Assembly: GCA_947589025.1 (NCBI GenBank) | Contig: CANQAY010000001.1 | Location: 23,419 to 87,418 of the forward strand | From: an uncultured Clostridia bacterium | Lineage (GTDB): Bacteria; Bacillota; Clostridia; Christensenellales; UBA1242 | DNA length: 64,000 nucleotides | Direction: 5' to 3' | In this document: positions 9,801 through 17,006 of the stretch, piece after piece | How the letters are laid out: each line of letters opens with the position of its first letter | Numbering within the stretch: the first letter of the stretch is position 1 | The notes under the pieces: model-generated | Seen by the model: only the letters and a program-made list of their open reading frames with translations | Database searches by the model: none | What the model was told of the DNA's origin: nothing | Translations under genes and position numbers: made by a program

Positions 9801-11534
9801 TTTAAGCAAATAGTTGGCGGGCAAGATGTTAACATTATTAACGCAATAAGCAATGTAACATTAAATGTAAATTCCATTAAAGCCCAACAAACCACAGCGG
9901 TTGGCGTTTTGGCAGGCATTGTGGAAAACTTTAACCTTTATAACATCACGCTTGGCTCAAGCAATGGGGATAACAACGTTATTAATGGCGGAAACGCGGT
10001 TGGTGCTTTGGCGGGTGTTATTCGCGGGCAATTTGATATTGAAAACATTACCTCTAACCTAAATATCTTTAGTGCATACGAATTTAGCCAAACCAACAGA
10101 TATAACCTATATCTATCTAAAAATAATGGCAGTGAAGTTTCTTCTAACTTGGATATGGTGTTCTATTCGGGCGGCATTGCGGGCATTGTTGATGGCTATG
10201 ACTATAGCAATTACAATGTTAACAATGCAAGAAATATTAATGAAGATAAATATTTTGAAATACGCAACATCAATTTAAATAATGTTTCGGTTAACGGCTT
10301 AAATGTTGGCTCGGCATTCGGTTTGGTTGGCGAACGCGTTAAAATATCTAACGCCAACATTACGCTAAATTTGGGCTATCTATCCGGCTTGCAATATGCA
10401 GCAGGCATGGTGGGCGAAAACCGTGGGGTTATAAGCTACTGCACAATTAATGCAACAGCTAACGACATTTTTGCAAATTCAACCCGGGTTAGCGCCGGCA
10501 TTGTGGGCTTAAATTTAGGCGGGCTGGTTATTGATAGTGCGGCAAATATCAATATTATTAAAACAGATGATAACTCAATTGTTGGCGGCATTGTGGGCAG
10601 AAACATTAACGGCAATATTGTTAATTGCACGTTTGATGGCAATTTGTTTGCGTTATACACAGGCGGCATTGCTGGTTCGGTTTATCCAAAATCATATTTA
10701 ACCAGTGCTTCAACTGGCACTAACACCGTTTATAGCGATAGCATAATTGCAATTCCTGATAACCAAATAACCTATGTTGGGAATAACGAGTTTAAGTTGC
10801 TTGAAAACAACACAATTTCTAACAACGCCCTACAATATTGGTTTGAAAATATTGAAAATGTTTACACTTTGAATTCGGATAGCAATTACTTTAACGCAAT
10901 TTATCACAAAACCGTGGTTGGGCTGGCAGTTGGCTTGCAAGGTAATGTGGCAATTGACTTGCATTACGGCTATGATGAAAACAAAAACTTTGTGTTCAAT
11001 TCGTCTTATTACACAGAGGCGGGCAAGGTTGCAACTCCATTGTTTAACGGCGAAGTTTATGATTTGCCTTTTGCAAATGTTGCGGTGGATAACTCATTGC
11101 AAAGCAGTTATGTTATGTACGCAATAGGGGCGGTTGTTGGAAATTTAGATTCTTGGACGGGCGATGATTATTCTAACGAAATGATTGTGTTTACAAACAG
11201 CAATGAAAATTATGTTAAATTGTTAAATGATGGGCAGGAGGTAAAATTTAATATTTACTATCAGCAAACCGCAAACGAAAATGAATATAATTATTCTATT
11301 GCAGTTTTTGAAGATGTTGATGGTGATACAACTTTAAATGTTAACTTAGCCTATTTTGAAGCACTGTTTAACGAGGCACCAAGCGTTACTGTTAACGATG
11401 TCGAGGCAGAACTTGCAGGGCAAATTTTAACCGCCCAGTTTGAAAAAAATGAATGCACAATAAAGCTTGCCGGCAACAAATTAAATGCCGAAGAAAGTTT
11501 GGAAATAACTTTAACCTTTATCTTGACAAATTAA
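846..11534 (+). CDS. Giant (3,562 aa) surface lipoprotein with GLUG-like repeat arrays and a Big_2-like Ig domain
   Basis: Uninterrupted 10.7-kb ORF with RBS aagggg upstream. The signal peptide MKKILSGVFIIISLFVCLVFSAC ends in a lipobox-like Cys. Two arrays of G-G-[LIV]-[VA]-G / NVGGI-G units lie at about nt 4640-5560 and 8550-10700. A Big_2-like segment (VRVTATSSNDNIVRVSYGTLTVRGAGNCVLTIASA) lies near 6030-6140. Confidence 0.9.
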   Translation: MKKILSGVFIIISLFVCLVFSACGENKYKNLSMYFCNTNGERLDSVEFVIDSSESNTNNSMRIAVTFEGINSEDIGDVLIYSLNNTVDVKNYVFQNDMCYVDITAKTPSNGRLYVKHMASNKMESIPLNIKLKSDNLKLKSANISTYIISLSTIGQKLIDANLLFNLFYNGSVANCTDKIYFKSTNMDNPLFVTEVVEGEPYIIGFDITEETKSDPIELYPVTYLKDYTPTEYPAVKVNFVFVNTLEEDKLSLEADELHNENLKNGEQIILISNTSYDLAHNKDDSTLNNIRVKLVYDGDGETLKDYFNFGLNNAGYEYFYPENVIAPTDDDYFTIHADVNNFNPILITLGLKPKNCVGDINIVSKSFEVKSEYKPSEITVSMQDNVLTEENGIINVANPLYDYYENDQNFSNLGAKFVFTPSTNSVSALRKLRIGIEPKYINAYIADLLTGTNHIYTSSNFESEYANLINENFNGQYVRTNKYMMEFYVNDTSMKFYFDSTTNKLVSEEFTDADRIYIKAVYNGALMGNDSGLYIEAFNVFDESSKLTYLSTAVTIKLRINFNYETGVGDINVSAGRLVQNGADTGTSLIPNKYVNNNKIYLATQNGQDSATENGAYILYLSAILRGGNAVNNIGIINFNVSVIGGENNPLKIKQWEKSDGIGKNFGSSLKPINTTITYEYNSAGSVDNAIILVFNKDTDVGQYVIRFTQGNGFVKDFELEVYDDFTSADLINYNLHIENNATAFKNDPLADYNEDIPFVADYIVASGSSLNINFDISNRYTNTSIIKSYSFSVANYEGNENITEDNVEEYLKIEDGLADSALINFIRGTIVNGQINYVVLTLKVYVRQYSDILTEAETTSFEKDIVFFIFDEISYDDITLNVPNYVEVYANNDLGHYNKALSEQEIHATLSDENLWNYVQAYQQGTGDKYKVTFTSDSENPQNVQITNQQQNGGTLHFYEQDSIVLRVIIKQFNTVFSFPINVQILTPVVTDRVVVNGYNTIIEGASLFTSGLKDRNGVPTLNLKFGSTNATYQIVAENQAETGDVTHEGITLVVTDQNGHVDSNIVAVKGDKLNVVTSASTTVNLKLYIFATDALKMPIGTSISNVNELLMDSHSNAYLVVDLILSNGSAINPYLIYTADEFKDINSDPTKHYKLMNNINLSNTDFVINNFSGGLTSDYDATGEQVVYYDYSVFGIKLNENRQNLFTTNRGNISNINFVVEYGYNITSNNVLTLGIVGENEGTLENVTVSITSINNSFNGNNEAYFGGLVGVNKSEIKYTSNQIIGVSGNISLAGGKEVYFGGLVGKNEGSVVGCNAQTINLNLANTLANKVEFGVSINNAGSIANTTILAQGLTNQNSAVGGVIGYNTNAVNYLVASGHIDGANNVGGIIGKNETTAKTVNFEIDNGNLSSIIVENAKYENFLIKNSISSVTVLGTNNVGGVVGLDLGGSYYNTYCQIVAGASVSGTSNVGGIAGSSTNGVFAFCSVMSYKWNYGEEVNTFDNPDILGNTNVGGIVGGATSNLTSVVNSGSSNACAVISCSVNAYVSGKSNTAGLVVNSSNISLILDAYFMGKIDNATAIDPSNTYGVEGLIIATETDANYSIFNRVYNRLMDINSVVTYEGGEDNFSIKPTTNYPSITNWGGNANINGGYMYVELNGKPIFELMPQTLVATTKDNYILTDVENKEVSNTLHLYYYTVEDALHSNSYSILNLLSIAAKPDLLESVRVTATSSNDNIVRVSYGTLTVRGAGNCVLTIASAFNPAIKTKINIIVTLPFGDEFYVSNSSIENNITKDGDVKIVKAGSKQFYVSFKSAAGYSTIANPSLKVEVTYVGKEANFANFLSINGNALKFDGASTTIDISEASVFSVTVNSYFEGKFKFIVTPYIQLNVGDSVVKVYNTIDEVKQNFTFNLCASKGATSMHSSVNNQNLYPSDRSSLTIYITTDEEIDPVQITKQFSISGEGTSQDNSVANENISFGLQFVSSNFDAGNNRQMLTYNVTVVRLKDFTTAQEVDVTFGIEGVSTTAHYRILPERIANIIIENYLYTDNIVDGHKDIEKSPVLRQNERGLIVIDMDPLNGYYDYLEIDDLSGGNLIAFRQLDGVNGNRVQEAETISSDGFGIKLQKQQDTNRIFVETRVSINDSSRLHEVRVKAYLNDGTLLKQNYYTISVRMLPEIHLYYRNPNGTEKQNENSNFYSALGVDTYLRAETLNADANSVNFSLSFENNAEDANNYFEIEQTRDGFYTLHYKTNNIILLNRTLIITATTRATQANGQFDEASEQIKLKIVNFVIHNISVSNSRTGSTGKEIYGNFNTPTKLEFYFAPQDISYYNNGFFNQTYREDSSTRAINENIYNILHALNNNTINASEYLKFDPLNADLTFENNVLTVKSLTGSTVLNLTLPMHLTNNQWELGMGDENAENITYTDSFNLNFVNLTSSIHPDVITDEADLLSTSFAPGYYVLGNDLNLFNFAPLEVGDADGQIVFDGNGRRIIIHSFGEFNEQNVTVGLFERIPSNMIVVNLEVIYITERDNLNGYTLGYIDRQNIRLNSITYKNLFTSASVEYVNASFGGVAAVNDGTISNCTVSGYVAFEASYNDENGGKIYADFNMGGIVAENNGTITHSTSKLGMFAHANIGGLAYVNGGSGRIISSQFDASQSFATNRAIQNYKISATENYSTTSINISGMIYAFTGAAKTIDVAGFVVNNSGEVSMCFANISNTTINGRPFENIESNYEFAGFVYHNSSVISNCYSIVDTMSNSQASFSGFVANNESGTIQTSYSFVTNGVHADWRAIDMFISRLRENKGTLIDCYEINSDIVSGNEVVTKIAPTELANKEKYTNFLFGDNVSSVWTISSGTPQLVSTLDAVTYDAYEHNDELCYYGLRRVDVDPATGLFTLNNNGYGNKNNPILIYDINGWNDYLANENDAYLNKYYRLICNLDFGDQMPKSSTKTFSGNIQGNNMTIDNILLYSSDSLSSIGLFKQIVGGQDVNIINAISNVTLNVNSIKAQQTTAVGVLAGIVENFNLYNITLGSSNGDNNVINGGNAVGALAGVIRGQFDIENITSNLNIFSAYEFSQTNRYNLYLSKNNGSEVSSNLDMVFYSGGIAGIVDGYDYSNYNVNNARNINEDKYFEIRNINLNNVSVNGLNVGSAFGLVGERVKISNANITLNLGYLSGLQYAAGMVGENRGVISYCTINATANDIFANSTRVSAGIVGLNLGGLVIDSAANINIIKTDDNSIVGGIVGRNINGNIVNCTFDGNLFALYTGGIAGSVYPKSYLTSASTGTNTVYSDSIIAIPDNQITYVGNNEFKLLENNTISNNALQYWFENIENVYTLNSDSNYFNAIYHKTVVGLAVGLQGNVAIDLHYGYDENKNFVFNSSYYTEAGKVATPLFNGEVYDLPFANVAVDNSLQSSYVMYAIGAVVGNLDSWTGDDYSNEMIVFTNSNENYVKLLNDGQEVKFNIYYQQTANENEYNYSIAVFEDVDGDTTLNVNLAYFEALFNEAPSVTVNDVEAELAGQILTAQFEKNECTIKLAGNKLNAEESLEITLTFILTN

Positions 11535-11556
11535 TTTAAAGTGCTATAATATCAAT

Positions 11557-12135
11557 ATGAAAATTGATTACAACAAATTAATGCATGAAGAAATAACTAG
11601 TTTTGGTGGCAAGCCAAAACTAGTTTTGCATTGTTGTTGTGCGCCGTGTTCTTCCGCTGTTATTGAAAAAATTAGCCAATATTTTGATATAACTTATTTG
11701 TTTTATAACCCAAACATCTATCCGCAAGCCGAGTTCGATTTAAGGAAAAATGAATTTTTAAAACTTGGCGTTAAGGTGGTGGATTTAGGGTATAATCATA
11801 ACGAATTTTTGCATTTGGTTTTGGGCAAAGAGCAAGAAAAAGAGGGCGGCAGCCGTTGCCAACTTTGCATTGCCCAACGCATGGAAATGGCGTTTAAATA
11901 TGCGGCGGAAAATAATTATGATGTGGTTACCACAACGCTTTCAATAAGCCCGCATAAAGATGCTCAGTTTATTAACAAAACGGGGGAGGCACTGCAAAAC
12001 AAATATGGCGTTAAATTTTTGCATGCCGATTTTAAAAAGGAAGATGGCTATTTAAACAGCATTAAAATTTGCAAAAACTTGGGCATTTATAGGCAAGATT
12101 ATTGTGGCTGTGAATTTAGTAGAAAAAAAGACTAA
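11557..12135 (+). CDS. queH: Epoxyqueuosine reductase QueH (DUF208)
   Basis: 192 aa. The N-terminal LVLHCCCAPCSS and C-terminal YRQDYCGCEFS Cys motifs are characteristic of QueH. A consensus promoter ends 6 nt before the ATG. Confidence 0.85.
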   Translation: MKIDYNKLMHEEITSFGGKPKLVLHCCCAPCSSAVIEKISQYFDITYLFYNPNIYPQAEFDLRKNEFLKLGVKVVDLGYNHNEFLHLVLGKEQEKEGGSRCQLCIAQRMEMAFKYAAENNYDVVTTTLSISPHKDAQFINKTGEALQNKYGVKFLHADFKKEDGYLNSIKICKNLGIYRQDYCGCEFSRKKD

Positions 12136-12153
12136 ATTTACATATATAAATAT

Positions 12154-13164
12154 GTGTTTAATAAATTTTATATAAGCAAAGCCAATTTAATTAACAATTT
12201 AAAGGCAATTAAAAAGAAAAACAAAAGCGCACTTATTTGCGCCATGGTTAAGGCAAACGCCTATGGCATTGGCGCCAAGCAGGTGGTTAAAATTGTTGAT
12301 AAAAAAATAGATTATTACGGCGTTGCCACCCTTAATGAAGCTAAAAAGTTAAATAAATACACAAACAAAAAAATTCTTATTGTTGGCCCGTTTGAACTTG
12401 GGGGCAACAATTTTTCTTACACTCTTTCAAGCCTAAAAGACGTTAGAAAAGCAATAAAATTTGGCAAAAAAATTAATGTGCATTTAAAAGTTAACAGCGG
12501 CATGAATAGATATGGTTTTAACAGTTTAAAAAAATTTTATTTGGCACTTAAATTTATTAAAAACAGCAACATAAATTTAGAGGGCATTTTTACCCATTAT
12601 GCCACGGCAGATAGTTTAGTTAATTTGCAAACAAAAAAATTTGTTAAGTTTGTTAACTTGGCGCATTATATGGGGTTTAAGCCAATAATTCACGCGGATA
12701 ACAGCGAAGTTAACCGCGCCTTTAACCATAATTTTGATATGGTTAGAGTTGGCTTTGGGCTATATTTAAATGATAGCGCCCCGTTTAAGCCGGTGGCGTC
12801 AATTTACAGCAAAATTGTGCAAATTAACCATGTGCATTCGGGCAATCTTGTGGGGTATAACTACCGGGCGGTGGCAGATAGACCCATGCGGGTTGCCGTT
12901 GTGCCGCTTGGCTATGCTGACGGCTTGGATATGCGCCTTATTGGGTTTAATTTGCGTTTGAATGGGGCAGAGTGCAAAATTTTAAACATTTGCATGGATT
13001 GTTTTATGCTGGATATTTCGCACACAAAAATAACAAAAAAAGATACCGTGCCAATTTTAAATAAGCACAACAACCTTTTAAAATATGCAAATTATTTAAA
13101 AACACATGTTTATGAAGTTAGCACTAAATTTGGGCAAATTAGGGCAAAAAGGATAATTCGTTAA
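12154..13164 (+). CDS. alr: Alanine racemase
   Basis: 336 aa with a GTG start. It has the PLP-lysine motif AMVKANAYGIG, an HLKVNSGMNRYGF block and a C-terminal YEVSTKF...R pattern typical of Alr. Confidence 0.9.
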   Translation: MFNKFYISKANLINNLKAIKKKNKSALICAMVKANAYGIGAKQVVKIVDKKIDYYGVATLNEAKKLNKYTNKKILIVGPFELGGNNFSYTLSSLKDVRKAIKFGKKINVHLKVNSGMNRYGFNSLKKFYLALKFIKNSNINLEGIFTHYATADSLVNLQTKKFVKFVNLAHYMGFKPIIHADNSEVNRAFNHNFDMVRVGFGLYLNDSAPFKPVASIYSKIVQINHVHSGNLVGYNYRAVADRPMRVAVVPLGYADGLDMRLIGFNLRLNGAECKILNICMDCFMLDISHTKITKKDTVPILNKHNNLLKYANYLKTHVYEVSTKFGQIRAKRIIR

Positions 13165-13883
13165 TTCCTGTCCCTTACAAAGAAAATTAACATAACCAGC
13201 CTTAATAAGGATAAAATTGAAGTTACAAGCGAGGCAACATAAGTTAATGCAGCGGAATTTAAAACTTTTTTAACGCCCATAAGTTCATCTTCGTCCATTT
13301 CGCTTGTGGCGGCAAGCATTTTATATGCGCGCTTGCTGGCGTTTAATTCTATTGGCAAGGTTATTAAGCAAAAAATTACATTTAACGCATACAGCCCAAC
13401 GCCTATATATAAAAACACATCTGCCGTTGTGCCAACGTAAAATAATTCCATAATTAAACCAACAAAAAGCAATGGCCAAATAAAGAAGCCTGTAAAATTA
13501 ATAACTGGCACCAAAGCATTGCGAATTCTTATTGGCGAATATTTTTCTTTATGCTGAAAAACATGGCCAATTTCGTGTGCGCAAACGCCAATTGCGGCAA
13601 TGCTGTTTTGGTTGTAAACCGAACTTGAAAGTGAAACAGTGTCCGTTTGCGGATTGTAATTATCTGTCAATTCACCTTTAATTGATGTAATTTGTGTTTC
13701 CGTGTAACCGGCACCATCTAACATATATCTTGCCACATCTTTTGCTTTTCTGCCAGTTTTAGTTTCAATTTTATTATATTCATTAAAATTAGTGTAAACT
13801 TTAATTTCTGCCCAAATGCCCAAAATAATGCCGGGCAACATTATTAAACCTAATAAATAATAAACCCAATAAATTGCAAACAT
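13161..13883 (-). CDS. Membrane zinc metallopeptidase (YugP / Zn_peptidase_2 family)
   Basis: 240 aa with an N-terminal TM helix, the HExxH motif in CAHEIGHVFQH, and C-terminal TM helices. RBS aaaggag. Its stop codon overlaps the alr stop convergently within the shared TTAA at 13161-13164, with no terminator between the two genes. Confidence 0.8.
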   Translation of the reverse strand: MFAIYWVYYLLGLIMLPGIILGIWAEIKVYTNFNEYNKIETKTGRKAKDVARYMLDGAGYTETQITSIKGELTDNYNPQTDTVSLSSSVYNQNSIAAIGVCAHEIGHVFQHKEKYSPIRIRNALVPVINFTGFFIWPLLFVGLIMELFYVGTTADVFLYIGVGLYALNVIFCLITLPIELNASKRAYKMLAATSEMDEDELMGVKKVLNSAALTYVASLVTSILSLLRLVMLIFFVRDRN

Positions 13884-14215
13884 ATTTTTCTCCTTTATTT
13901 TTTAATTATAATATTATTAATTTAATTTGTCAATTATTATAATATTTTTCCTATTTTTTTATAATTAAAATAAAAATATTAAAAAAATAATTATTGTAGA
14001 ATTATTAATTATTTTAAAAATTAAATATTAATTAAAATAAAAAATAAAAAATAATTGTGCAAAAAATAAAAAAATAATTAAAAAGCAGTAAATAATAATA
14101 AAAAAATATTTTAAAAAAATTAAAAAAATATTAAAAAATATTAGTAATTAATAAATCTTTGTGTTATAATAACAATGTAAATAAATGTCAAATAATGATA
14201 TTTAAGGGGTAAAAT

Positions 14216-16657
14216 ATGAATATTATTAATGAGATCGATAGGTTTTTTAGCTCAATAAATGTTTACATAAATTATAGTGGTATTTTTATTACCTTTTCTT
14301 TATTATTTTTATTTGCTGTAATTGTTGTAATAATTTCCACCGCACATTCCTACGAAACAAAATTAATTAAAGCAATAGATAAATTTAATAAATATTTTAT
14401 TAATAATCCTAATATTGATGAAAATAATTTATTGGCTTTTAATAATAGAATGAAAAATAGGCGCGTTCCAAAACAATTGCGCAAACAGTGGCAGCAATTT
14501 GTTTTGTATCGTGAACATAAAGCCAGCCATTATATGTCGTTTGAAAATTGCGTTGCCGCTCCGTTAAGAAACAGTTCTTTTAAACGTGACGTTAATGTGT
14601 TTAACACAGTTTCTTGCATTTTGGCTTTATCTTGTTTAATTCTTAATTTGTCTTATGCTTCTTATTATGAGGGTGTGGCAATCACTTCTGGCGGCAACTT
14701 TGTTGTGTTTTTGCAACATATTTTGTTGTGCCCAGTTTTAATTTTAATTTTAAATTTGTTGTTTAGAATAATGTTCGATTATAGGCACAATGCCATTGTT
14801 GATGATTTATATCAAAACTACCAATATTTTGAAGTTAATATTGATAAAGCAACCGAAACTTTGCCCGAGTATGTTGACTATGAAGTGTTGTTTGATAAAA
14901 ACGAAATTAAACGCGGCATTCCAATTTTATATATTTATCTTCAAAAGCGTGCGGAAGAAGAAAAGCGTGAGCTTGAGCGCGCAAGGCTAAAAAATGTTGA
15001 GCACGAGCAATTTAATTTTGACGAGGCCGGGGTGGAAAGCTCCTTGGTGCTGGAACGTGCAATGCAGGAGGCTGAAAACTATATTGCTGAGCGTAAAAAG
15101 TTTATGCAAGATATTGAACAAATTAACAGCGAAATTACGCAAGAAGAAGTTAATTTTAGAGAGATAACCAAAGAATATCAGCGCCAGATGCAAGTCAGCA
15201 AAGAGTCGTTTGACAATTTCAAATCTCAGTTGGGTGAGGCAAGTTCAACAATTGAAGCTAACTATTTAAAAAAGCAACAGCAACAAGAGTTGGATCGTCA
15301 GCGTAACCTTGAAAGGGATTATGACACAGCAACCGAGCGCCACAACAAAGTTTTGCAATCTTTGCAAGAAGAAGTTGACAATTATAACCAGCAAATTAAG
15401 GATGCTAAACGCACACTTGAAAAAGGCATGATGAGTGAGTTTGATACTTATAGTTCAAAAGTTTATAATGCCGCCAAACAAGCCGTGCAGGATAGGGAAA
15501 CAAAGCTGGTTAATGAAGTTAATGATTTAAAAAATAGATTAAACGTTACCGGCGCAACAACTGAAGAAACTGAGCAAAGCGAAAATTCTAATTACCAAGC
15601 CCAGCCAAGCCAAGAAATTGAACAAACTGCGCCAACACAAACCGAGCCGGCAGCATCAAAATCAGCGGAAAGTGATGCTTCATCCGGGTTTGATTTTAGC
15701 AATTATTACAGCAAATTTAATTTTGACACAGCCAATGAAGCCAGCCAAAATAATAAAGTTGATTCATTTGAAAATGAGGGGAATTCAAATGAACAAGAAA
15801 ATTTCTTCACCGAACAAAAAAATGAAAGCGTTAAACCTGTTAAAACTTTAGTTAAAAAGAGGGGCAGGCCAAAAGCTAAAGAAACAGGTAAAAAGGGCAG
15901 GGGGCGCCCTAAAAAAAACACTTCAGCGCAAAAGCCAAGCAAACAAACTTCAAAAGGCATGGGTAGGCCTAAAAAAGAAGCAGAAAAACCAGCGGATGAA
16001 ACCAAAAAAGTAAGCAGAGGCAGACCAAAAAAAGTTGAAAGCACAAAAGAAGAACCCGCAAAAGTAAAGCGCGGCAGGCCTAAAAAGGTGGCAGAAGCAA
16101 AAACCGAAAGCACATCTAATGAAACTAAGCGTAGGGGCAGGCCTAAAAAGGAAGAGCCTAAAACCGATGGCGAAGTAAAGCAAACTAAACGTGGCAGACC
16201 TAAGAAAGATCAACCAACCGAAAATAGTGAGCCTAAAGAGGGTGCATCTAAAACCTCAGAGATAAAAACCGATGGCGAAGTAAAGCAAACTAAACGTGGC
16301 AGACCTAAGAAAGATCAACCGACAGACACAAATGCCGAGCCAGAGGACACATCTAAAAAGAAAGGCAGGGGCAGGCCTAAAAAAGAGGAACAAACCGCCC
16401 CAACTGAGGTGGCAAAACCACGCAAGGGGAGGCCAAAAAAGGTTGAAACTGAAGCAGAAAGTGATAATGCGGAAATAAAGCCTACAAAGCGCGGAAGGCC
16501 AAAAAAATATAATGTTTTAAATTTGAACGATGAAAAAATTGAAGATATTGACGCTTATTTAAAAGAAATTGATAATCAAATTAAAATTGAAAATGAAAAA
16601 ATGAAGGAAAGCGAGCGAGAGCTTGCAAAAAATTCGCGGTTAAGAAAAAAGAGATAG
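14216..16657 (+). CDS. Membrane-anchored coiled-coil protein with 11 AT-hook (RGRPKK) motifs
   Basis: 813 aa with RBS aagggg. It has N-terminal TM helices (GIFITFSLLFLFAVIVVIISTA plus two more), a long heptad-rich Glu/Gln/Lys segment, and then 11 copies of [KR]-x-GRPKK between about nt 15850 and 16510. Confidence 0.85.
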   Translation: MNIINEIDRFFSSINVYINYSGIFITFSLLFLFAVIVVIISTAHSYETKLIKAIDKFNKYFINNPNIDENNLLAFNNRMKNRRVPKQLRKQWQQFVLYREHKASHYMSFENCVAAPLRNSSFKRDVNVFNTVSCILALSCLILNLSYASYYEGVAITSGGNFVVFLQHILLCPVLILILNLLFRIMFDYRHNAIVDDLYQNYQYFEVNIDKATETLPEYVDYEVLFDKNEIKRGIPILYIYLQKRAEEEKRELERARLKNVEHEQFNFDEAGVESSLVLERAMQEAENYIAERKKFMQDIEQINSEITQEEVNFREITKEYQRQMQVSKESFDNFKSQLGEASSTIEANYLKKQQQQELDRQRNLERDYDTATERHNKVLQSLQEEVDNYNQQIKDAKRTLEKGMMSEFDTYSSKVYNAAKQAVQDRETKLVNEVNDLKNRLNVTGATTEETEQSENSNYQAQPSQEIEQTAPTQTEPAASKSAESDASSGFDFSNYYSKFNFDTANEASQNNKVDSFENEGNSNEQENFFTEQKNESVKPVKTLVKKRGRPKAKETGKKGRGRPKKNTSAQKPSKQTSKGMGRPKKEAEKPADETKKVSRGRPKKVESTKEEPAKVKRGRPKKVAEAKTESTSNETKRRGRPKKEEPKTDGEVKQTKRGRPKKDQPTENSEPKEGASKTSEIKTDGEVKQTKRGRPKKDQPTDTNAEPEDTSKKKGRGRPKKEEQTAPTEVAKPRKGRPKKVETEAESDNAEIKPTKRGRPKKYNVLNLNDEKIEDIDAYLKEIDNQIKIENEKMKESERELAKNSRLRKKR

Positions 16658-16668
16658 GCAACTATCTC

Positions 16669-16863
16669 TTATTTTCTTTTAGCATTTAAAGCTTTAAGCA
16701 CTTCATTAACATCAATGCCGTGCACCTCGCACGCTTCTAACAATGTTTCCATTTGAGAGGCGGGGCAATATAAACAATGAAAGCCAAAACTTGTTAAAAT
16801 TTCTTCCGTGCTTTCATCTTTTTCTAAAATGTCACAAATTAAATCTGTTTTTTTAAATTTCAT
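16669..16863 (-). CDS. DUF1858 / hybrid-cluster-associated redox disulfide domain protein
   Basis: 64 aa. FGFHCLYCPASQMETLLEACEVHGIDVNEVLKALN matches the DUF1858 pattern as I recall it. RBS aaaaggagag. Confidence 0.65.
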   Translation of the reverse strand: MKFKKTDLICDILEKDESTEEILTSFGFHCLYCPASQMETLLEACEVHGIDVNEVLKALNAKRK

Positions 16864-16970
16864 TTTGTTTTGCTCTCCTTTTATATGTTTATTATAGCCA
16901 AAATTTTTATAATGTCAATAAATATAAATAAATTTATTTTATTTAACCAAAATAAATTAAACCGAACTAG

Positions 16971-16999
16971 TTGACAATAAATTTTATAAGTTTTATAAT
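16971..16999 (+). promoter_or_regulatory. Consensus sigma-70 type promoter (TTGACA-17-TATAAT) placed 7 nt before the ATG at 17007
   Basis: TTGACA at 16971-16976, a 17-nt spacer, and TATAAT at 16994-16999. No Shine-Dalgarno site lies before ATG 17007. The TTG start in the ORF track is actually the -35 hexamer. Confidence 0.55.
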
Positions 17000-17006
17000 T
17001 TTAAAG

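Noticed and set aside
2648-10669. Numerous 60-110-aa ORFs, antisense or out of frame, inside the giant gene. The same applies inside secA, dnaX, leuS, addAB, nifS, hflX and others.
   Set aside because: All are nested within long ORFs that have recognisable protein families or continuous repeat structure. None has an RBS or a recognisable product.
15706-16478. Antisense and alternative-frame ORFs (135, 87, 77 and 60 aa) across the AT-hook region.
   Set aside because: They are low-complexity translations of the repeated AAA/AAG/CCT-rich coding strand, fully nested in the 813-aa ORF, with no start signals.
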